Shown: in pieces, positions 1 through 6,142 of the stretch
Numbering within the stretch: the stretch's first letter is position 1
How the letters are laid out: each line of letters opens with the position of its first letter
Translations under genes and position numbers: made by a program
Notes under the pieces: generated by a model
Databases searched by the model: none
Told to the model about the DNA's origin: nothing
The model's input: only the letters and a program-made list of their open reading frames with translations
Assembly (NCBI RefSeq): GCF_000621645.1
Contig: NZ_JHXR01000015.1
Location: 1 to 32,000 of the forward strand
Reading direction: 5' to 3'
Source of the DNA: Vibrio cholerae ATCC 14035
GTDB lineage: Bacteria; Pseudomonadota; Gammaproteobacteria; Enterobacterales; Vibrionaceae
DNA length: 32,000 nt

Positions 1-66
1 ATGATAGAGCTGTTAACTGCATTCGTTCAGTTGCTCACAGCAATTATCAACGCGTTCTTCTTATAA
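1..66 (+). CDS. 3' end of a CDS cut by the window edge, or a complete 21-codon hydrophobic micro-ORF (MIELLTAFVQLLTAIINAFFL*)
   Basis: Frame 1 is open from base 1 to TAA at 64-66. The tail is strongly hydrophobic. A terminator hairpin follows directly. Confidence 0.3.
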   Translation: MIELLTAFVQLLTAIINAFFL

Positions 67-75
67 CGCGTTCTC

Positions 76-110
76 AAAAGCTCAGCCTCCTACCGCTGAG
101 CTTTTCTATT
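76..110 (+). terminator. Rho-independent terminator
   Basis: Stem AAAAGCTCAGC (76-86) pairs with GCTGAGCTTTT (95-105) around an 8-nt loop. A T-rich tail follows. Confidence 0.6.
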
Positions 111-264
111 TCCCACTTTGGGAAATATATCATAATAATAAGCCCACACATTTAAATGTAAACCCTTATCGGCCTCTCAGATAAACATTGACCACACAAG
201 CTTGGTACTCTCACCGACAAATTGCCCTGCCAATCCTTACGATGTTTTAGGGATATAAAAATAG

Positions 265-298
265 AAAAACCAAGCGGTTAAGCTTGGTTTGTGTTTCG
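265..298. terminator. Bidirectional hairpin terminator; serves the minus-strand gene ending at 368
   Basis: AAACCAAGC (267-275) pairs with GCTTGGTTT (282-290) around a 6-nt loop. The minus strand has a T-rich tail (TTTTTCTATTTTT) and the plus strand has TTTGTGTTT. Confidence 0.55.
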
Positions 299-305
299 TA
301 GTCTT

Positions 306-333
306 CACTTTCTCTACATACATAATATGCACT
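306..333 (-). other. dif-like half site: XerC arm plus central region, with an unrelated XerD arm (attL-type junction)
   Basis: The minus strand reads AGTGCATATTA-TGTATG-TAGAGAAAGTG. V. cholerae dif1, recalled from memory, is AGTGCGCATTA-TGTATG-TTATGTTAAAT. The XerC arm matches 9/11, the central region 6/6, and the XerD arm about 3/11. Confidence 0.45.
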
Positions 334-367
334 GAGGTATTTTGGTTTTTGGCGGTTTTGCTCCGAG

Positions 368-700
368 TTATTTCGAAACCACTTGAACTCTTATGTACCT
401 CTCTGGCCAATCATAAGCATATTTATTGCCTACTTTTATGGTTTTCTTTGCGATGAAGCAAAGCTCGTTGTCACCTAATGTGGAAACTTTCTTTACGACA
501 GCGTTTTTCGGATGTGTGTAATCTAAATCAACAAAAACATCACAGTAACCTTCAAGTGGTTTTTTGCTCTTTTTGATCGACTTTTCAATTTGAGTCTTGA
601 TTTTCTTTGCCACTCGATTCAAATCCGCATCGTCCGCAAGCGTCGATTGACTAAAAATTGTGAGGAAAATGCTCAACATTACTCGCCTCAAAAACTTCAT
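368..700 (-). CDS. Secreted TolA C-terminal domain (domain III / TonB_2)-like protein, 110 aa
   Basis: ATG at 700 is preceded by GGTGAGGTG as a ribosome-binding site. Signal peptide is MKFLRRVMLSIFLTIFSQSTLA. The mature part aligns by eye to E. coli TolA domain III (ADxN..IKxxIExx...GxxCxVxVxL...GDxxLC), including both Cys residues. Confidence 0.6.
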   Translation of the reverse strand: MKFLRRVMLSIFLTIFSQSTLADDADLNRVAKKIKTQIEKSIKKSKKPLEGYCDVFVDLDYTHPKNAVVKKVSTLGDNELCFIAKKTIKVGNKYAYDWPERYIRVQVVSK

Positions 701-837
701 CAAATTCACCTCACCAAGATTAAGCAAGGAGGAAAATGTAACCGAAATATCTTCTTGGCGAGTTTGAACTTGTGTTGTTTGGAGCTTAACCTGCTTTTTC
801 TTGCAATGACGATGTCGAGCAAGGATGATTAATACGC

Positions 838-1161
838 TTAGCGACCTTTCTTTAATGTCGAGCTTTGGCGTGTAAAGCCTTGGTGTGGGAATACGTTGCG
901 GATTCTTTGCTGGATCTTTTTCGGGACTTGCTTCGAAAACGCCAGCTTGGCTCCAGTCCTTTGTTGATACACCTTAATTTCCCCTGAAAAAGGTTCATGT
1001 TGAGCGATATCGATAAGGTTATGTTTGAATGTTGGCGGAAAATGTCCCTTGCTACGAACAAGATGACCATCTTTGAAGCTGACCACCAAGATGGGTCTAT
1101 CGATCGCGACTAGCCAGAAGATAATTATCGCCGCGACAAGTATTACATAAAGCATATTCAT
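838..1161 (-). CDS. Small N-terminally membrane-anchored protein, DUF3634-like
   Basis: ORF with a hydrophobic N-terminus (MLYVILVAAIIIFWLVAI). AAGGAG lies 9 nt upstream of the ATG at 1161 and overlaps the matP stop codon. The family name is recalled from Vibrio annotations. Confidence 0.6.
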   Translation of the reverse strand: MNMLYVILVAAIIIFWLVAIDRPILVVSFKDGHLVRSKGHFPPTFKHNLIDIAQHEPFSGEIKVYQQRTGAKLAFSKQVPKKIQQRIRNVFPHQGFTRQSSTLKKGR

Positions 1162-1174
1162 AAGAGACATCTCC

Positions 1175-1624
1175 TTATTCTGCTAATAACCGACTGAGAT
1201 CTTCTTTTAAACTGTTGACGGTTTTGCTTGCCTTTTCACTTCTTGAAGCCTCGCTGAGTAGATACTCAATCGCATCGGATAATGTACAACCTAACTCATT
1301 GGCTTTTAGGGATAATTTTTCCCAAACTCGGTAATCTAAATCAATAGATTTCTTGCGTGTATGGATTTGTTCTGCATTAAAGTGGCGCTTACGCTTGGCT
1401 CTGATCGCTTGTTTAAGTTTGTTATCGAGCTCAGAGGACATATGTTCTTCAATCCAAGACAGTACATGGGTTGGTTCATGTTCTATCGCCCTGAGCTTCT
1501 GTACCGCAGCTTCAATTTCACTTTTATCAATATAGCGAGTAACGGGCTCTCCATCCTTCCATTTATTGATGAGATACTGCCATTTCCAACCACATTCTAA
1601 ATTTTCAAGTTGTTGATATTTCAT
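1175..1624 (-). CDS. matP: Macrodomain Ter protein MatP, 149 aa
   Basis: MKYQQLENLECGWKWQYL... and ...RAKRKRHFNAEQIHTRKKSIDLDY are near-identical to the corresponding E. coli MatP motifs. The upstream 20 codons of the listed ORF are not homologous. Confidence 0.93.
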   Translation of the reverse strand: MKYQQLENLECGWKWQYLINKWKDGEPVTRYIDKSEIEAAVQKLRAIEHEPTHVLSWIEEHMSSELDNKLKQAIRAKRKRHFNAEQIHTRKKSIDLDYRVWEKLSLKANELGCTLSDAIEYLLSEASRSEKASKTVNSLKEDLSRLLAE

Positions 1625-1787
1625 CTTCGGCCACTTTCCATTGTTATACAGTGACAGCGTAACCCACTGTCTGCAGACTTGCAATTCTCCCTATCAAAAA
1701 AGCGAGAAAGATCATCGTCGACTTTCACTGTTCGCTGCTCGGCTTTTTCTATATAATTTGGCTCTTTTCAATCAGTTCGATATCTCA

Positions 1788-3437
1788 ATGACCCAAAGCA
1801 TCTGGCGCAGTGTAACGCCTCAATTTGAGCAGTTTAACAAAGTCTTTGAAAACTACCCTAACCTAGCTCCCATTTCACTGATCGAGATTCAGCCTCGTTT
1901 AACCAGTGCGCTTGAACAGTTTGTTCACCTTAAAGGGTTTAGTCGAATCCTCTTGATTAATGCTCCCGATAACTCGATTTATCGCTCTCTCTTTAAAGAC
2001 GCATTACTTGAGCAGGATCTTGATGTTCCTGTCGTGAGTACAGAGACGTTAGATATTTCAGAGATTCTAGGCCAAGTCAAAGTTGAGCATGGTGGTCTAG
2101 TTCATAAAACGTCAGGATATCTCGAACAAGCGAATGGCGGTTATTTGATTGTTTCAGCGAATTTATTGCTGGCTAATCCACGCTATTGGCCAACAGTAAA
2201 AGCCGCCGTTTTGGGTGAAACTGTCTCTCCTATCAATTGCGATCCAAAATCTCCGCTCCCTAATCGCTTAGGTTCAAGTTACGACGTTAAACTTATTGTT
2301 GTCGGTGATCGCACGCAGCTTGGCGATCTGGATTTTTTAGATGCTGATATTCATTCCGGCTTATGTTTGTTTTCAGAGCTTGAATTAGATCTCAAGATAG
2401 AAGAAGAAACGATTGAAGACTACCTCGGCTACTTACGCTGGTTGTGTGAACAGTACAATTTGCCTTCATTAACCTGCTCTGCCATCCAGTCTCTGATGAC
2501 GGCCGGTGCTCGTTATACTGAAGATCAACATTACGCTCCCCTTTGTTTAATGTGGCATCGAGCGCTACTTGAAGAAGCTCGCCTTGAATCTGAAGAGCCG
2601 TTGATTGACGCTGAACATATTGAAATTGCTTTAGATAAACGCTATCTGCGCGAGTCTTATTTACCCGAAAGAGCTCTAGACGACATTCTTGACGGTCAAG
2701 TGATCATCGAAACCCAGGGTGAACAAGTCGGGCAAGTTAATGGCTTGACAGTCATCGAAGTCACTGGGCACCCAATGCCTTACGGTGAGCCAGCTCGAAT
2801 TTCCTGTGTGATCCATTTTGGTGATGGTGACATTGCGGATGTAGAGAGAAAAGTTGAGTTAGGCGGCAACCTTCATGCTAAAGGTATGATGATTATGCAA
2901 GCTTTTGTGAGTAGTGCCTTGAATCTTGATGGTTCTCTGCCCTTTTCTGCTTCGATTGTTTTTGAGCAGTCTTATAGTGAAGTTGATGGTGATAGCGCTT
3001 CACTGGCGGAATTATGTTCATTAGTGAGTGCGCTTTCTGAGTATCCGATTGACCAACAGATTGCCGTTACTGGCGCTGTTGACCAATTTGGACGAGTTCA
3101 AGCGGTCGGTGGTCTGAATGAAAAAATTGAAGGATTTTATCGCGTCTGTTGTCACCAAGGCTTAACTGGAGAACAGGGGGTGATTTTGCCAAGTTCGAAC
3201 CTGAAACACTTGGCGCTTCATAAATCAGTAGTAGAAAGCATTAAGAATGGTGAATTCAACATCTGGCCTGTTTCGACGGTGGATGAAGCGATTCCTCTTC
3301 TCATGGGTAAACCTTTCCGTGGAGAAGATGAAGACAGCGTGATCGCAAAGATCGCTGAAAGAATTGATAATTTTGAAAAACTTGTGCAACCGCACGGAAT
3401 TGTGGAACGGATCAAAAACTGGCTTAGCTGGCACTGA
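1788..3437 (+). CDS. ycbZ: Lon-like protease homolog (YcbZ family)
   Basis: The C-terminal Lon proteolytic domain carries the catalytic Ser motif VDGDSAS and the Lys motif GGLNEKIEG. It is collinear with E. coli YcbZ and sits next to fabA and matP as in E. coli. The start at ATG 1788 is the first ATG, but its ribosome-binding site is weak. Confidence 0.85.
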   Translation: MTQSIWRSVTPQFEQFNKVFENYPNLAPISLIEIQPRLTSALEQFVHLKGFSRILLINAPDNSIYRSLFKDALLEQDLDVPVVSTETLDISEILGQVKVEHGGLVHKTSGYLEQANGGYLIVSANLLLANPRYWPTVKAAVLGETVSPINCDPKSPLPNRLGSSYDVKLIVVGDRTQLGDLDFLDADIHSGLCLFSELELDLKIEEETIEDYLGYLRWLCEQYNLPSLTCSAIQSLMTAGARYTEDQHYAPLCLMWHRALLEEARLESEEPLIDAEHIEIALDKRYLRESYLPERALDDILDGQVIIETQGEQVGQVNGLTVIEVTGHPMPYGEPARISCVIHFGDGDIADVERKVELGGNLHAKGMMIMQAFVSSALNLDGSLPFSASIVFEQSYSEVDGDSASLAELCSLVSALSEYPIDQQIAVTGAVDQFGRVQAVGGLNEKIEGFYRVCCHQGLTGEQGVILPSSNLKHLALHKSVVESIKNGEFNIWPVSTVDEAIPLLMGKPFRGEDEDSVIAKIAERIDNFEKLVQPHGIVERIKNWLSWH

Positions 3438-3448
3438 TCGGAGTTGTT
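3432..3448 (+). promoter_or_regulatory. FadR operator of the fabA promoter
   Basis: CACTGATCGGAGTTGTT compares with the E. coli fabA FadR site AACTGATCGGACTTGTT (recalled). It overlaps the ycbZ stop codon at 3435-3437. Confidence 0.6.
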
Positions 3449-3449
3449 T

Positions 3450-3467
3450 GGCGTACACGTGTTCACT
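3450..3467 (+). promoter_or_regulatory. FabR operator of the fabA promoter
   Basis: GGCGTACACGTGTTCACT compares with the E. coli fabA FabR palindrome AGCGTACACGTGTTAGCT (recalled). It has the same position relative to the FadR site. Confidence 0.6.
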
Positions 3468-3501
3468 AACATGCACCCAACAAAAAATGGAGTAACCAAT
3501 A

Positions 3502-4020
3502 ATGCAGAACAAACGTGATTCGTATAATCGAGAAGATCTTTTAGCGTCAAGCCAAGGTGAGTTGTTTGGTGAGGGCTATCCTCAACTTCCAGCGCCAAAT
3601 ATGTTGATGATGGATCGCATTACCAAGATGTCAGAAACTGAAGGTGAATTTGGTAAAGGTTTGATCTTAGCTGAGCTCGATATCACGCCTGATTTATGGT
3701 TTTTTGATTGCCATTTCCCAGGAGACCCAGTGATGCCGGGATGCTTGGGCTTAGATGCCATGTGGCAACTGGTGGGTTTTTTCCTTGGCTGGGTTGGCGG
3801 TAAAGGTAAAGGTCGCGCGCTTGGCGTTGGCGAAGTGAAATTTACAGGACAAATTTTACCAACAGCTAAAAAAGTCACCTACGAAATTAACATGAAGCGT
3901 GTGGTGAACCGTAAGCTAGTGATGGGTTTAGCCGATGGTCGCGTACTTGTTGATGGCAAAGAAATATACGTAGCCAAAGATCTTAAAGTTGGCTTGTTCC
4001 AAGATACGTCTGCGTTTTAA
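3502..4020 (+). CDS. fabA: 3-hydroxydecanoyl-ACP dehydratase/isomerase FabA
   Basis: 172 aa. The active-site region [24 protein letters not shown] is present, and GGAG lies upstream of the ATG. Confidence 0.96.
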   Translation: MQNKRDSYNREDLLASSQGELFGEGYPQLPAPNMLMMDRITKMSETEGEFGKGLILAELDITPDLWFFDCHFPGDPVMPGCLGLDAMWQLVGFFLGWVGGKGKGRALGVGEVKFTGQILPTAKKVTYEINMKRVVNRKLVMGLADGRVLVDGKEIYVAKDLKVGLFQDTSAF

Positions 4021-4040
4021 AGATAGAATCTCTAACGAAT

Positions 4041-4065
4041 AACAGCCCGTTTCGGGCTGTTTTCC
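4041..4065 (+). terminator. Rho-independent terminator between convergent fabA and rmf
   Basis: AACAGCCCG (4041-4049) pairs with CGGGCTGTT (4053-4061), followed by TTCC. An A-run on the other side could allow use in both directions. Confidence 0.65.
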
Positions 4066-4102
4066 TAGCGATAAGCCTTTTCAAGCTTTGTTGTATGGGA
4101 AA

Positions 4103-4276
4103 TTATTTGCAGAGACCAGAAAGTTTATCGTTTCTAGCATCACGCCAACCACCTAACCAATAAGAGCGTACTTCCGTCTGTTGATAGGGACATTCGTCAT
4201 GGGATCGACCGTTTAGACCGGCTTTGTATCCTTGCGATTGAGCTCTTTCTAGGCGATCACGCTTTTGTCTCTTCAT
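4103..4276 (-). CDS. rmf: Ribosome modulation factor
   Basis: MKRQKRDRLERAQSQGYKAGLNGRSHDECPYQ...WLGGWRDA is typical Rmf. GAGGA lies upstream of the ATG at 4276. Confidence 0.92.
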   Translation of the reverse strand: MKRQKRDRLERAQSQGYKAGLNGRSHDECPYQQTEVRSYWLGGWRDARNDKLSGLCK

Positions 4277-4386
4277 AGTTCTGTCCTCATACGGTAACTT
4301 TGGTGTAACGTACAACTATTAAACTTGTGTGGATCTTTTATGACCACACCAATACAGAATCGATCAATTATTCGCCTTTCTCAAGC

Positions 4387-4428
4387 AATAAAAAAGGCAC
4401 AAACCCAAATCTGTGAGCTTGTGCCCTT
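4387..4428 (-). terminator. Rho-independent terminator of the DUF3466 gene
   Basis: On the minus strand, AAGGGCACAA pairs with TTGTGCCTTT (one G-U pair) around a 16-nt loop, followed by TTTTATTGC. Confidence 0.5.
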
Positions 4429-4442
4429 CCTGACAAAAATCC

Positions 4443-6137
4443 CTATTTTCTACGGAACCCTAGTACACCAAGCACCATCAAAAGCCCTAATCCGAAGCTA
4501 CCCCCTTTACGTTCAGAGGCTTGCTCTTCGGTTGAACGCTGTTGAATGTTAGCACTTGTTGCATTCACAATTGGAACTAACTTCACGGCGACGACGGTTT
4601 CTTCGCGGTTACTACACAATGAATTATGTGCTGTCGTATCGTATCCACCTGAACATTTCAGCGCAGTTGCAGAGATAACGCCAGCATCATTAATATCTGT
4701 GGCATCAATAATGCGGAACTGGTTGTTGTTGCCTGTTGCGGTATTGTCATTAGTGAGATCATCTAACAACCAAGCCTTATTAGCAAAAATAGCCATGCGG
4801 CTTGGATCACTGCCATTGGCACTGTATGGATAAATAAACCCTCTTTTACGGCGCGGTTTACCATCATTCTCACGGGTGTCGTTTGCGTCGACTTGACCGA
4901 CAATCTCGTTATAGCTGTTAATTGCCCCTGCTTTGCCGCCGGCTCCTGTGAAGAAGATGCCGCCGGTTAAGAAGTTCGCTGTTGGAGTGCTAGCAGAAAC
5001 ATCTTCGATAACAAATAATCGATTGCCCGCGGCTCCATTCTCTGGGCGGCTACCTGCACGTTTAGCAGAGCCTAACGCGACGAGGTTTTTGTTTACATCG
5101 GTGACTACCGAATTACTGTGAATGTAATCGCCACCAATTCTAGATTCAGCGCCGGAAACGGCTTTGGTCGTCCAACTTGCTGCATTAGAAAAATTACTGG
5201 TGTTGTCTAGTTCGAAAACCGAGGCCTGCATGTAGTGATTGTCTGTATCGTATGAACTATAACCGACCGCGTATAGCTTACCTCCATTTTCAACGACATC
5301 ACGCATACTGCCTTGTGCAAGACGATTATTGCGATTAGGTTCGGTACCAGTTGGCCAAGAAAGCTCTACTGTTTCACCGTTAGAATTTTTCCAAATTGCA
5401 GGCTTGGAATAAAAATAGGCACCTTCGTTATTGTTTGAGCTTCGTGAAATACTGCCAACGGTGTAAACACCATCCGTTTTCCATGCACGGGTATATAAGG
5501 CATCAGTGATATTCGGTGCGACGGTGGAACGGGCTTGAATGGCATTAGCGTTTCTACGATACGTTGTCACGTCACCAGTTTTTACATTGATCCCGATAGG
5601 CGTAGCATTACTCGTTAGGCTATTAACAATCACGTTTTGTGACTCATCAATAGGCGCGCCTGTTGTTCCAGTACCAATAAAAGCAATTGAGTTAGCAACT
5701 TGCGTACTATTGATCTCTGCTTGCCAGCGATTCCAATGGGGATCTGCCCAGGTATTACAAGTTGAATACAAAAGTTCGTTGTAGCAGTAGCGTTCAAAGT
5801 CATTGCGTTCTTGTACATAAACGAACGCATTATCAATCCCGAAAGCCACTTCATCACGGTAACTTAAACCATCGACTGCTTTACCTGTGCTGGCTTTTTC
5901 AATGCGAGTTTCACCTGCCAGAGCAAAGTTTTGACAATTCACACTACCGACAGTCGAATTATTAAAACAGCTATCTGTGCCTGTACTTGGTTGGATCGCC
6001 ACACCCCATGCACTACCGTAGCTTTGCCCTGTGCTTGGGGTCACTTCCATCACTTGGTAGAGTGCCGCGTTGGCCGTTTGGGTAGCAAGCAATACTGCGC
6101 TGGCTAAAATCGAACGTTTAAAAGTAATACGACTCAT
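4443..6137 (-). CDS. Secreted DUF3466-family protein with a GlyGly-CTERM sorting signal (rhombosortase substrate type)
   Basis: Signal peptide is MSRITFKRSILASAVLLATQTANA. The C-terminus ...ERKGGSFGLGLLMVLGVLGFRRK has the Gly-Gly, hydrophobic helix and basic tail layout. The body is rich in N, T, S and G. Confidence 0.8.
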   Translation of the reverse strand: MSRITFKRSILASAVLLATQTANAALYQVMEVTPSTGQSYGSAWGVAIQPSTGTDSCFNNSTVGSVNCQNFALAGETRIEKASTGKAVDGLSYRDEVAFGIDNAFVYVQERNDFERYCYNELLYSTCNTWADPHWNRWQAEINSTQVANSIAFIGTGTTGAPIDESQNVIVNSLTSNATPIGINVKTGDVTTYRRNANAIQARSTVAPNITDALYTRAWKTDGVYTVGSISRSSNNNEGAYFYSKPAIWKNSNGETVELSWPTGTEPNRNNRLAQGSMRDVVENGGKLYAVGYSSYDTDNHYMQASVFELDNTSNFSNAASWTTKAVSGAESRIGGDYIHSNSVVTDVNKNLVALGSAKRAGSRPENGAAGNRLFVIEDVSASTPTANFLTGGIFFTGAGGKAGAINSYNEIVGQVDANDTRENDGKPRRKRGFIYPYSANGSDPSRMAIFANKAWLLDDLTNDNTATGNNNQFRIIDATDINDAGVISATALKCSGGYDTTAHNSLCSNREETVVAVKLVPIVNATSANIQQRSTEEQASERKGGSFGLGLLMVLGVLGFRRK

Positions 6138-6142
6138 GTTTT

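Larger units (their letters stand above)
1..322. mobile_element. Possible distal end of a Xer-dependent integrated element (IMEX, CTXphi/TLCphi-type), ending at the dif-like junction
   Basis: The dif-like site at 306-333 has its non-dif pseudo-XerD arm facing this segment. The segment is AT-rich, mostly non-coding, and holds only a hydrophobic micro-ORF tail and terminators. No phage gene is visible inside the window, so this is inference. Confidence 0.3.

Noticed and set aside
149-178. A possible second, degenerate dif-like site on the minus strand (GAGGCCGATAA-GGGTT-TACATTTAAAT)
   Set aside because: Each arm matches only about 7/11, and only with a 5-nt rather than 6-nt central region. This is too weak to separate from AT-rich background.
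111-298. Possible plus-strand sRNA ending at the 267-290 hairpin
   Set aside because: I could not find a convincing -35/-10 pair upstream. The hairpin is equally well explained as the terminator of the minus-strand gene ending at 368.
4325-4552. 75-aa plus-strand ORF between rmf and the DUF3466 gene
   Set aside because: It runs through the rmf promoter region, the DUF3466 terminator and the 3' end of the DUF3466 gene in antisense. It has no SD and no recognisable motif.
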